Shown one piece after another: positions 38,251 to 50,726 of a DNA stretch of 64,000 nt. The translations under genes were made by a program, and so were the position numbers. The notes below the pieces were generated by a model that worked only from the letters and a program-made list of their open reading frames with translations, was not told the origin of the DNA and ran no database searches. Source of the DNA: Mobula hypostoma (lineage: Eukaryota); contig NC_086108.1 in the NCBI RefSeq assembly GCF_963921235.1, forward strand, positions 46,688,001 through 46,752,000. The letters are read 5' to 3'. The first letter of the stretch is position 1; the number at the start of each line of letters is the position of its first letter.

Positions 38251-38871
38251 ATGTACACAGAGTGAATAGGCTCAGCTTTTTTTCTTACTGCTGTTGTTGA
38301 CACAGTTTCACAGTGGTAATTTTCCATTCAAGTGGTGAAGCCAGATAATTGTTTCAGGGGTAGTGGTCTGTACTGAGAGATGTTTTCTGCATGTTTGTAC
38401 ATTCATCATTAAAGCATTACTTATTCCAGTGTTCTAGTGCATCAGTTATCCACTCCTGCTGCTTGTACCAATGCAGATGCTATGACTGTGTGGAAGATTT
38501 AAGACAAGGATCTTGCGAGCAAGTTCTTTCATGACATGCTTGTGACTTTTTGTGAATTTCATCTTTCTAAGCTTCATTAGCGCTGAAGTTGCAGTGATAA
38601 TGATTAACAGTACAAGTCTAAAACAGTCTGAGAGCCATCAGGCAGTGTTGAAGTACAATGTTTAGGTGTAAACAAATGATGGAAATATTCAGCAGGTCAG
38701 GAGGCACAAGAGATTTTTGAAGATGAACCTGTGAGAGAAGGGAACAGAATAAAGGAAGAATCAAGATTTGATACTTCCACACGAGTGACAGGAAAAGACA
38801 GGAGTGAGGGGGAGATTGAGAGATTAGATTGAAGAATAGCAAGATGTTAATTGTTGATTATTCTAATATAT

Positions 38872-39088
38872 TGTGGTGTAGTCGCGCTGATACACTACGA
38901 GTGAAAACAACACACTGACTCGAGCAGGGTCGGGTTGAACCATTTACTGTTTGAATCAGCGCGCGCTTAAGTACTCATTCCCAGCGACCTCCGCTCTTTG
39001 CGGGGCAGAAGTGATGTCGGCTTCCGGGCCGAGGTCTGCCCCGCACTCACTGGAGCTGGTTCGCTTGCTGCATGGGCGAGCCGCCACA
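38872..39088 (-). mobile_element. 3' LTR of a Gypsy element (217 bp, TG...CA)
   Basis: On the - strand it begins TGTGGCGG right after a G-rich polypurine tract (~39091-39107) and ends ...CACCACA. Confidence 0.75.
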
Positions 39089-39099
39089 TGACCCCACCC

Positions 39100-40760
39100 C
39101 CCCCCCCAGAACCGGCGATAGGAGGCAAGAGTCCGCAGCCTGCACCCTCTCAGTTCTTTTAAGTGGCCGGCCTCAACGTCGTGGGGGTGGTACTGCAACC
39201 AGGCGTTCAAGGTCTAGATGCGCCGGTTTGAGACGGTCAATGGTAAAAGTCTCATCCCGACTGCCGATGTCGAGAATGCAGGTCGCTCCATTATGGCGCA
39301 CCACCTTGTAGGGCCCCTCGTATGGTCGCTGCAGGGGTGGTCTGTGCGCACCTCGGCGAACAAAAACATACTTGCTCTGTTATAGGTCCCTGGGCACGAA
39401 AGAGGGTGTTGCTCCGTGGTGGGACATCGGGACTGGAGCAAGTGTTCCAAGTCGCTCCTGGAGTTTAGTTAGGACCCCAGTAGGTGTGTCCTCCGGGCCA
39501 AGGGGTGCTGGCACAAACTCACCGGGAACTGTGAGTGGGGCACCATAAACCAGTTCAGCCGATGATGCGGCCAGGTCCTCCTTGGGTGCCGTGCGGAGAT
39601 ACCAAGCAGCGCCCAGGGGAGTTCGTCCACCCAGTCTGGCTCTCGGAGGCGTGCCATCAGGGCCAACTTCAAGTGCCTGTGGAAATGTTCCACCAGGCCG
39701 TTAGACTGCGGGTGGTAAGCAGTTGTTCAGTGGAGCTGGGTTCCGAGCAGTTGTGCCAATGCAGACCACAAAGCCAATGTGAACTGCACAACCCTGTCTG
39801 AAGTGACGTGGGCTGGGAGTCTGAACCGTGCCACCCAGGTGGTAATCAGGGCTCTGGCGCATGTCTCCGTGGCCGTGTCAGCAAGTGGGACAGCTTCCGG
39901 CCACCTCGTGAACCTGTCCACCATGGTGAACAGGTATCTCGTTCCTCTCAAAACCGGCAGTGGGCCGACGATGTCCACGTGGACATGTTCAAACCTCCTA
40001 TGTGTCGGCTGGAAGGGTTGCAGTGGGGCCCTCACGTGCCTCTGGATTTTGGAGGTTTGACAGTGCGTGCATGTCCGGGCCCAATGGCCGACCTCCTTGC
40101 GTAGGCCGTGCCACGCAAACCTGTCTGCGATCAGCCGGATGGTCGCCCCGATGGAAGGGTGGGCTAAACCGTGCAAGGTGTCAAAAACGCGGCGCCTCCA
40201 AGCGGTCGGGACAATGGGTCGAGGTTGCCCGGTGGACACATCGCAAAGGAGCTTCTTATCTTCGGGCCCAATGGGTATGTCTTTGAGGCGGGGTCCTGAG
40301 ACTGCGGTCCGGTACGCCGACATCTCGCTGCCCAGCCATTGCGCCTCAGCTAACGCTGCATAATCCAGCCCTGGAGACAGAGAGTGCACTGATTGAACAG
40401 AGGTTTGTGACAGCGCATCTGCCACCACGTTGTTCTTCATGGAGATGTGCTTGATCGTGGTGGTAAACTCCGAGATGTACAACAGATGGCATTGTTGGCG
40501 GCCCAACCACGGGTCCAACACTTTGGCAAACGCGAAAGAGAGGGGCTTGTGGTCTGTGAAGACCGTGAATTCCCTCCCTTCCAGGAAGTACCTGAAGTGC
40601 CAGATGGCAAGGTACAGGGCCAGCAGCTCCCTGTTGAAAGCGCTGTACTTAAGTTCTGGGGGTCATAGGTGCCGGCTGAAAAAGGCGAGCGGCTTCCACT
40701 GACCTTCGATGAGCTGCTCGAGCAAGCCGCCAACTGTCACGTCGGAGGTATCCACAGTGA
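39100..40760 (-). mobile_element. Gypsy/Ty3 pol fragment (RNase H end + integrase)
   Basis: VDTSDVTVGGLLEQ..PLAFFSR, NVVADALS, HGLAHP..CTHCQ zinc finger, HVDIVGPLP..VDRFTRWPEA..TSDR. Confidence 0.92.
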
Positions 40761-40764
40761 GGAT

Positions 40765-41486
40765 ATTGGTGACCCTGACAGTCCAACGGCATTTAGACCC
40801 AACATGAACGACTCGGCTCTGCAGAATGCAGTTTCCCTTAAACTGCCAACCTTCTGGACCATTCAACCCCTGGTCTGGTTTGAGCAAGCAGAGGCCCAGT
40901 TCCGGGTCAGGTACATTGTCTCAGACGCCACAAGGTATTACTACGTGGTGGCGCCCTCAACCAGGAGACAGCAGGTCGCGTTATCGACTTTCTGCATCAG
41001 CCCCTGGCAACAGACAGGTACGAGGCACTCAAGGCCCTGTTATTCCACACACTTGGCCTCTCCCACCATGAACGGGCTGCGCAGTTACTACATATGGATG
41101 GCCTGGGCGATCGCGCACCATCAGCCCTGATGAGCGACATGCTAGCAGTGGCAGACGGCCATAAGCCTTGCCTGCTGTTTGAACAGATCTTCTTGGAGCA
41201 AATGCCAGAAGACATCCGCCTCCTGCTAGCAGATGAAGACTTCAGAGACCCGCACAGGGTGGTTGCTCGCGCGGAAATGCTTTGGCGCGCCAAATTGGCG
41301 GAACCACCATCGGAATTAGCGCTGCAGCACGGCCGAAAGCCCAGCCCTCCCACACCCCAGCAGCAGAGCACTGAACACCCACACCAAGGGACGGCACCAC
41401 TTCTGAGCCTTGGTGTTTTTATCATCAAAGGTGGGGTTCCAGGGCCCGCCACTGTTGACCGCCATGCTCGTTCCAGGGAAACGCCA
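40765..41486 (+). mobile_element. Gypsy primer-binding site (PBS) + gag fragment, inverted relative to pol
   Basis: PBS-like tattggtgaccc at ~40765; AVSLKLPTFWTIQPLVWFEQAEAQF..TRYYYVV and LGDRAPSALMSDMLA..FLEQMPEDIR; ends at cagggaaac (the recalled gag-end QGN motif). Confidence 0.8.
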
Positions 41487-41613
41487 GGAACAGAATAAAG
41501 GAAGAATCAAGATTTGATACTTCCACACGAGTGAGAGGAAAAGAAAGAGGAGGAGATTTGAGAGATTAGATTGAAGAATAGTAAGATGTTATTTGTTGAT
41601 TATTCTAATATAT

Positions 41614-41951
41614 TGTGGTGAGCATTTGGTCCATAATGACAGACGAGGAAGCTTATTGAACTCAACAATGATAAACACAAAACAGACCGGGCACCATGAC
41701 CCAGAGAGTGAACCCAACCAGTCTCAAACAGACGAGGGAGGTGACCATCACACACACACGGTTACAGTTAGGGTGACGTACAAATACACAAGTGAATAAT
41801 GGTATAACCCAACCTAAAATGTAACAATAAATGAACTGGAACTTCCCACTATAATCCCACAAAAGCATTTTAACACAAGAACAATAAACAGTGCTGGTCA
41901 TTAGAAATGCAAGGGCAGGCTGTCGATCATGCACACCCCCAGAGTGCCACA
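41614..41951. mobile_element. Probable solo LTR of a second family
   Basis: TGTGG...CCACA inverted termini flanked by a 4-bp ATAT duplication (41610-41613 and 41952-41955). Confidence 0.65.
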
Positions 41952-42149
41952 ATATTATCACTTCACTGAGCTGTAAATTTTCTTCCATTAATTTTCAAAG
42001 CACCCTAAATATTTATTTTCTGTGCCATTTGTGTAAAGTGGCTGCTGTTTGTACCACTTAAAAGATGTACTGTACTTATTAATCCAGGCACTTCCCAAAT
42101 CTGCAACTTCTACCTACAAAGGACTGTGAGAGCAGCTGAGAGGGGTCTC

Positions 42150-42590
42150 CCTACTATCCACTGGGGACATTTATCAGGAGCACTGCGTACGCAGGGCCCA
42201 TAGTATTATTAAGAATCCCACCCATCCATCTATATTTTCTATGACTTTCTACAATCAGGCAGAGACTCCAATGCATAAAAACAAGAATGGTCGGGATGGG
42301 AAACCGTTTCTTCCCTCAAGCCATGAGGCTTCTGAACTCCTGCCACATCACCTTCGAAGTGTCACTGGTTAATCTGTTCTGTACCTTACAATATTTAATT
42401 TATGCACTTTAGTTTGTTATTTATGTGTGAATCATCTGTAGATTTTATCCTTCATAAATTATCGTGTTGTGTATGTTATGTGCACTACTGGGCTTTACAC
42501 CCTGGTTCAGAGAAATGTCATTTCTATATACACTATATGGTTCTATACATTATATACATGTATGTAATTAGCTGGCAATAAACTTGGTTT
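42150..42590 (+). mobile_element. Rex1-like LINE 3' end
   Basis: RAHSIIKNPTHPS..SGRDS..KTRMVGMGNRFFPQAMRLLN-like frame; caataaacttg tail. Confidence 0.6.
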
Positions 42591-44529
42591 GACTCTGCAA
42601 CCAAGTAAGGCAAGGGCATCAGAAGCTGAGGACTACCAACACCTACAGATATCCCTCCAAAATAAGCACCGTCTCAGTGACACCATCTGGAAGTATTTTG
42701 CCAGCACTTTCACCAGAGGGACTACAGTAATTCAAGAGGGAAGCTCATTACCATGTTCTCAAGGGCAATTAGGAATGCACAGTAAATGCAAGCCTTGCCA
42801 GGGATGCTCAAATTTTGAAATATGAACAAAAGAAAATGTTTTACATCACTCTGACAATTAGTAAACTTCCAATCCTTATGTGTAACTATCAATATTTGAG
42901 CTTCCTTAGGACCCAGAAGGCAATATCCTGGTGAAAATAAGGATTGTCACATTGGCCAGAATAAAACTGACCTAACCAACACAAATTGCTGTGAAATACT
43001 GTGGATGTAGAACTCTAGGTATCAGCAGAGACTGCTGATCTAATTAACAGGACAGGCAGCATCTTTGTTGAGAGGGATAGTGTTTGAAGTCATTGGCCTG
43101 AAACATGGGGCAGAAGTTGGTTTATATTTTGCCACCAATTCAGAAGAGAACTATCACTGAGGACCCATTCACAGGCCAGTACATTCCTGACTTCCTCCTG
43201 AAGTAAAACTACCACTTTCAAGAATGTAGATGGCTAAGTAGACATGGAGAACAATTTTGTTAACAATGGTCTCAAGATAGTGATTAGGAGTGGGAGCCCA
43301 GAGTAATTTTACCCTTTAAAACCATGGTACTGTTAATGTGGGATCTCTTTCTGTAAATTCAGCACAGCTGGGGATTGCAGAATATAACTGTTGGACTGGT
43401 TATACAGACATTACCAACTGAACTATGTAAGGACATAACTTAAAGTAATTGGTGTAGAAAATAATTATTTTCTTAAATTTCTTCAAGAAAATCGATGCAT
43501 TATATTATGCTGAAGTGTTAATTCCATCATTTGCATTTGTTTCCAAACTAATTAGTTCAGTAATGTTTTTTTCTGTTTGGGGTTGTTCCACCTGTTGCTC
43601 CAGCAATAAAATGGAGTTGAGAGGGATAATAAATTCGCCATGATTGAATAGTGATGTGACTCAGTGGGGTGAATGGCCTAATTCTGCTTCTAAATCTTAC
43701 TGTCTAAATCCCTCTCAATACCAGCATTTAATCATAAGTACTAATGGAAGTCAATGACCTAAAGCATTACTGCTGTCACTTTCTTCATAATGCTGATGAC
43801 CTGCTGAAATTGTCCAGGATTTTCCATTCTTACTTTAGATTGCCAGGAGTTGCAGCTTTTTGCTTCATCTACCAGTCATTTACATACTTACTTTCTACTT
43901 TTCCTACCAAAATGGCTATTTTCACACATGCTCTCATTTTACTACATGTCTTCCCATTTTGCCCAATCACTTAACCAGCTTACAATCCCTTGCCAGCCTC
44001 TTTTATTCTTCTTGGTGTTTACTTTTCCACCAACCTTTCCACGTGCAGTGTACACTTACCACAGAACTTTATCAAAGTCACGTTGCAAAAATTTGGGGAC
44101 AAATCATTGAACCTTGCTTTGATTCACTTGATACAGGTGTAAACAACAAAGAGAAATTCCCAATCCCATGATCCCTTCGGTAAGCACAAAGCAACTGCAT
44201 TCACTTCCCTCCCACCTACATGTTCAGAAAATTATGTCATGTCAAGACAAATTTTCATTCATAAATCCTTGTTTACATCCCGATTATTTTGTAAATTTCG
44301 AGTCCTCTATTATCTTCATTTATAGATCCTGTCATATTCCCCAATTCTGACTCGATGATATATTGTCCCTTTCCTTCCTTCCACTTTTCTTAAATAGAGA
44401 GTTTAGAAATACTATCTCTTAATCTATGAGGCCAATCATCTTTGAAAATGTTGCTTGGGATAAGATTCACGAGACTGATGGAACTGGAGATCCTGAGTTT
44501 AAAGGAAAGACTAGTTATCTGGAACAAGG

Positions 44530-44830
44530 GGACTGGATGATGACTTTATGGAGATATATAAAATCAAGAGGGGCATTAATAAAGTAATTGGTCACAGTCT
44601 TTTCCCCAGGTTAAGGGAATCTAAAACATACAGAATGAGCTGCCAGAGAAAGTGGTAGAGGTGGATACAATTACAATATTTTAAAGGACAGTTGGACAGG
44701 TGTATGGACAGGAAAGGTTTAGCGGGTATGGGCCAAATGCAGGCAAATTGGACTAGCTAGTGTGACAGCTTGGTCAGCACAGATGGGAAGGCCAAAGACT
44801 CTGTTTTCATTCTGTTTAACTCCATAACTT
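44530..44830 (+). mobile_element. CR1 LINE 3' fragment
   Basis: gagctgccagagaaagtggtagag..ttggacaggtgtatggacaggaaagg CR1 3' motif. Confidence 0.65.
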
Positions 44831-44833
44831 TAC

Positions 44834-44938
44834 CTGGAAAGATGTAATGGTAGTAGGTCCTTCAGCAACTTGTGTTTTCCCTAACCACAACAAGGAAAGC
44901 TCAGATTCAGACATCTGAAGAATATTGGTGGATGAGTG
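44834..44938 (-). CDS. AXDND1: Candidate AXDND1 exon (105 bp, phase 0 to 0): HSSTNILQMSESELSLLWLGKTQVAEGPTTITSFQ
   Basis: ttgtactttctattgtag| acceptor, CAG|gtaaag donor, open frame in unique DNA; no recognisable homology. Confidence 0.5.
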
Positions 44939-45931
44939 CTACAATAGAAAGTACAAATGGAGAAGATTATTGGCAATTTATCAATTTTATTACTAAGTCA
45001 CAGTTTTCACAAAACTACGGAGGAAACATTGATTAGCAGTATTCCTAGCAGATCAGCAATGGATACAAGATCAAACTTAACAGCCTGTGTATTAAAGGAG
45101 TTTTCTTATGCAAGAAGTTCTACATTTACAATAAAATAATATTTCCTCCTTTCACTTCTTTTAATAACAGATATGTTTTCACACCCATTTCCTTGCTCGA
45201 GTTAACAACAAAGGAAAACTCATCTATATGCTTGCATCACAACTGGGGAAAAGATTGCAGTCATTTGTAAAATATAGTAGCAATAACTGCCAGTTTTGCA
45301 ATATATGACGAGATGATTTGAATAACAAAAATGCTTAATCATAACCTTTTAATTCATTATACCTTTCATATGTTCAGAATGTCCCAGACCCCTTTAGAGA
45401 CAGAAATTAAATGTTAAGGCACTTTGGGACTAATTAGGATTGCGAATTAAAACAATGATCTTCAGTGTTCAGAACAATCTAAAAATAAATGGCAAAAACT
45501 GTTGCATGTTGAAGTCTAACGACCCAAAGCAAAAGAAATTTTATCAGGCATTTTAATGTAGTTCTATGTCTGCAGCAATTTTTTTCAGGTGATTCAGGTA
45601 ATCAAAAATAATGGTAAATGCCAAAAGATGATATTTTAAAATGGTGTATATTAAAACAGTTCTTTGGATAAGGACCATCTAACTGAACTAGGCTTTTCAT
45701 CTTAAACCACTTTTTCTGAATAAATATGTTCCAAATTTAAACCTAGTCCAAGCTTTCTGTGAACATCCTCAAATTCAACTGAGACAGTTCTACAATGCAG
45801 GAAGTCACATTCATATAGAGTTATATTGTACAGAAACATTTCTTTTGGCCCCCCCCCAAAACTGCAAAAACTCCAGAAGAACTGTCAATCAAGAAGTCAA
45901 GTGTAGAGCACATTTGATTTAAGTAATAATC

Positions 45932-48007
45932 TTTTTCTTTTTCAATCTTTTTATTAATTTCAAAATATAGAAACAAAACATAGCAATAATACAAATAGTA
46001 GGAGATATATTGTTACACTTAAAAAAAGTAATTGCAAAACCAAGTAGTGTAAATTAACAAAGCTCCCAAACATGTAGAACTAACCACGGATAATACAAAG
46101 CAAAAATAAACTGGGAAAAAAAATCATGAAAAAGAAAAAAAAAACAAAACAAAAAAAAAGCAAACCTCATCCCCAAAGAAAAACAAAATTAATCAACTAA
46201 ACTAAAAGACTTGGGCAAAACTAACAACTTAAAAATGGAAAAGAAGAAAACCTTAGTGTCGACGACTCCATTCCCCTCCAACAACAGTACAGAGAGATAA
46301 AACAAGTTTGGAAATGATCAAATTACATCAAATGAAAATGCTGAATGAATGGCCTCCAAGTTTTTTCAAACTTAATGGAAGGGTCATAAACTGCACTTCT
46401 AATTTTCTCCAAATTCAAACACACCATAGTTTGTGAAAACCAATGAAATACAGTAGGAGGATTAATCTCTTTCCAGTTCAACAAAATGGACCTTCTAGCT
46501 ATTAAAGTAAGAAATGCAATCATCCTTCGTGATGAAGAGGTTAAATTATTTAAGTCTATCATTGGTAATCCAAAGATAGCAGTAACTGGATGAGGTTGTA
46601 AGTCTATATTTAGGACCGTTGAAATAATATCAAAAATATCTTTGCAATATTTCTCCAAGGGACATGACCAAAACATGTGGGTTAAAGAAGCTATCTCGGA
46701 ATGACATCTGTCACATATTGGATTAATATAAGAGTAATAACGAGATAGTTTATCTTTGGACATATCAGCCCTGTGCACTACTTTAAACTGTATCAACCTA
46801 TGCTTAGCACATACAGAGGATGAATTCACCAACTGAAGAATTTTTTCCCATTTTTCAGTCGGTATATTAATCTCAAGTTCTCTTTCCCAGTCAGCTTTAA
46901 TTTTATTAGAAGCATCAGGACATAGATTCATAATTATATTATATATAATTGCTACTACACTTTTCTGAGAGAGATTTAAATCTAAGATTTTTTCCAAAGT
47001 GTCCATTGGATATGGGTGTGGAAAATTAGGGGAGACAGTAATTAATTCCTGCTATCCTAGATCTGTTAGCTCAATTTAGTAACTTCTCTGGTTACAAATT
47101 GAATCTTAGTAAGAGTGAATTATTCCTTTTAAATAAGCATGTACCTATTTATGGACGTTTACCATTTAAATTGGTTACTGATTCATTTATATATTTAGGG
47201 ATAACAATTACGAAAAAATATAAAGATTTATTTAAAGCTAATTTTTTACCTTTAGTTGATCAGATTAAACTTTTATTTACCAAATGGTCCCCAATCTCTT
47301 TGTCTTTGATTGGTCGGATTAATGCTATTAAGATGATCATTTTGCCCAAATTTTTGTATATATTCCAATCGGTTCCAATTTTTATCCCAAAATCTTTTTT
47401 TGATAACGTAGATTCAAAAATTTCCTCATATATTTGGCAGAATAAAGATCCTAGGTTAGGTAAAAGGTATCTACAGAAATCTAAAAAGGAGGGGGGGCTC
47501 GCCCTCCCAAATTTTAGATTCTATTATTGGGCAATTAATATTCGATATTTAAAATTTTGGTTACAAGATTTGGACGCATCTTTAAACCCTCATTGGGTAA
47601 ATCTTGAATCTAATTCATTACAAGGGTTTTCCTTGGGTTCGGTTTTAGGAACTTTACTTCCTTTTACTTCTTTTAAATCATATATACAAATGAACAACCC
47701 AATAGTTAAGCATACTTAACGTATATGGTTTCAATTCCGAAGATTTTTTGGGTTTAATCAATTTATTCTAGCAAGTCCCATTATATCAAATTTTCTTTTT
47801 CAACCTTCCACGATGGATCAAGCCTACTTTGATTGGAAAACCAAAGGTATAGTATCTTTTTGCGATTTATTTTTGGATAATTGTTTTATGTCTTTTGATC
47901 AACTCTCTAATAAATATAACTTACCCAGATCTCACTTTTTTAGATATCTACAGATTAGAAACTTTTTAATTACTGTCTCCCCTAATTTTCCACATCCATA
48001 GCCAATG
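45932..48007 (-). mobile_element. 5'-inverted (twin-primed) L1 with a perfect 16-bp TSD
   Basis: Minus part: ORF2 C-terminus (CDRC..THMFWSC) and T-rich tail. Plus part 47045-48007: the preceding ORF2 region. TSD gatttaagtaataatc at 45916-45931 and 48008-48023. Confidence 0.93.
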
Positions 48008-48114
48008 GATTTAAGTAATAATCATGTGTGTTAATTTGGCTCAGCTTTGGATTTTTTATATAATATTTAAGCTTTTATAATGGGTACAGCTTTAATTTAA
48101 ATTTAATGTCTATA

Positions 48115-49885
48115 ATCTGTTGGTGTTGCTCCTCCATACTGAGAGTGGCCTCATTGTGACAGCAGAGGAGGCCATGGACCATCATGTTAGAATAGAAATG
48201 GGGATTGGAATTGAAATAGTTGGCCACCAGGAAATCCTGCTTTTTGTGGATGGAGCAAAGTTGCTTCACAAAACAGTTCCCTAATGTATATCAGGTCTGA
48301 CTAGTGTAGAGGAAGCTACATCAGGAGCACTGGATACAGAAGCTGACCCCAACAGATTCACAGGTGAAGTCTGGCTTCACCTGGAAGGACTGTCTGGGGT
48401 CCTGAATGGAGGGACAGCACTTCTTCTGCTTGCAGGGATAAGTGCGAGGAGGGAGATCAGTGGAAGGGATGAATAAACAAGGGAACGGTGGTGGGAGCAA
48501 TCCCTACAAAAAGTGGAGAGTGGGGGTAGGGGAGGTAAAGATGTGTTTGGTGCTAGGGTCCCATTGAGGATAATGGAAGCTGTGGAGAATGATGTGCTGG
48601 ATGTGGAGACTCATGAAGACAAGAGGAACTCTATCCTCGTTAAGCTGGTAGCAAGATGGGGTGAGAGTGGTTGTCTGGGGAATGGAGGAGATGTGGGAGA
48701 GGGTAACATTAATGGTGGAGGAAGGGAACTCCTGTTCTTTGAAGGAGGAGGACACCTCTGATGTCCTGGAACAGAAAGCCACATCCTGGAAACAGATGTG
48801 GTGGAGGAAAGGAAATGGCATTTTTACAGGATACAGGGTGGAAGAGGTATAGTCAAGCCAGCCATGGAAGTTGGTAGATTTATAAAGGATATCGGTAGAC
48901 AGTTTGTCTTCAGAGATGGAGACAGAGAGATCAAGAAGAAAGAAAATTCTCCACAACTTCTGCCATCTGCAACAGATCCTACCACCAGACACATCTTTAC
49001 TTCTCCCACCACTCTCTGCTTTCTGCAGGGATTACTTTCTCCATGATTCTCTTGTCCATTCATCCTTCCCCAATATCTCTTTCCTAGAACTTATCCCTGC
49101 AAGTGGAAGAAATGCTACATCTGCCCATTCACCTTCTCTATTCAGTCCTTCCAGATGAGGCAACACTTCACCTGTGAATCTATTGTCTCCGGTATTCCTG
49201 ATACAGCCTCCTCTACGTTGCTGAGACCTGATGTTTACCTATTTATCGAGCAGCTTTGTCTGTCCGCAGCAAACAGGATTTCCTGGCGATCAACTATTTT
49301 AATTCCATTCCCCAATCCCATTCCAACATGTCAGTCCATGGCCTCCTCAACTGCCACGATAAGGCCATTCTCAGGTTGGAGGAGCAACACCTCATATTCC
49401 ATCTAGGTAGCCTCCAACCTGATGGCAGGAACACCGATTTCTCCAACTTCTGGTAATTTTCCCCATCCCCTTCCCTCTTCTTCAATTCCCCACTCTGCCC
49501 TCCTTTACCTTTTCTCTTCTCAACTGCCTATCACCTCTCCCTGATGTTCCTCCCTCTTTCCTTTCTCCCAGGGTCTACTCTCCTCTACTATCAGATTCCT
49601 CCTTCAGCCCTTTACCATTTCCACCTAATACCTCCAAGCTTCTTGAATCATCACCCCTCCCCCACCCAGCTGGCCTCACCTATTACCTTCTAGCTTATAC
49701 TCCTTCCCTTCCTTCACCTTCTTATTCTGACTTCTTTCCCCTTTTCCAGTCCTAATGAAGGGTCTTGGCCCAAAATGTCAATTGTTTATTCATTTCCATA
49801 GATTCTGCCTGACCTGCTAAGTTCCTCCCAGCATTTTAGTGTGTTGCTCTGGATTTCCAGCATCTGCAGAATTCTCTGTATTTGC
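48115..49885. mobile_element. Penelope-like element in inverted configuration (48115-48935 on -, ~48940-49885 on +)
   Basis: Both halves carry DF(L)xxNYFNS..VHGLL.CH.xA.LxxEEQH. The + half ends in a pseudo-LTR with a degenerate hammerhead (~49747-49784). Confidence 0.85.
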
Positions 49886-49984
49886 AATAGAATCTATGAT
49901 AATATTACAAATATCAAGATGTTTTCAAATAAATGAATTGGCATCTTGGATTAAATGCACTTAAACTTTCTATTTTTGTATTTG

Positions 49985-50645
49985 ACCAGTTAGTTGAGTG
50001 TTGTCACAACAACAGCCTCATTATCAACATCAGCAAGACTAGGAAATTGATGGTGGACTTCAGAAAGGGGACCTGTTCTCACAGAGTGGTCAACAGTGGA
50101 AGGGAAAGTTCCTCGACATCAGCATCTCAGAGGATCTAACCTGGGTCTAACACATTGAATCAATCATGTAGATGGCAGGCCAGGTGCTCTACTTGATTAG
50201 GAGTTTGAGGAGATATGATATGTCATTAAAGATTCTATCCAAGTTCTACAGATGTGCTGTGGAGAGAATTTGGACTGGCTGCATCACAGCCTGATATGGT
50301 GGATCCACTGCATAGAACTGAAAGAGGCTGCAGAGGGTTATAGACTGAGCTAGCTCCATCAGGGGCACAACTATTCCCACGATCAAGGACATCTTCAACT
50401 AAACTAGCCACTATAATATATTATTGCTCACGAGCAAGACAGAGGCTACATATCATGTGCTGGTTAATGCAGAATCAGAATCAGAGTCAGAGTCAGGATT
50501 ATTGTCACTGATATAGTTGTGAAATTTGTTGTTTTGTGACAGAAGTACTGTACAGTGAAAGACAAAATTACTGTAAGTTACAATAGATAAATAGTCAGGC
50601 AAAGGAGGAATACTGAGGTAGTGTTCATGGACCATTCAAAAATAT
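49985..50645. mobile_element. Rex1-like fragments (+ body, - 3' tail with tcagaa/tcagag repeats)
   Basis: LIINISKTRKLMVDFRKG on +; (tcagaa/tcagag)n tail on - at ~50470. Confidence 0.65.
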
Positions 50646-50726
50646 GGCATCACAAAATCTTTCCACTATCTACATGAATTGGATGAGTGAAACTTCAGTA
50701 ACATTCAAGAAGACTGACATTGTCTA

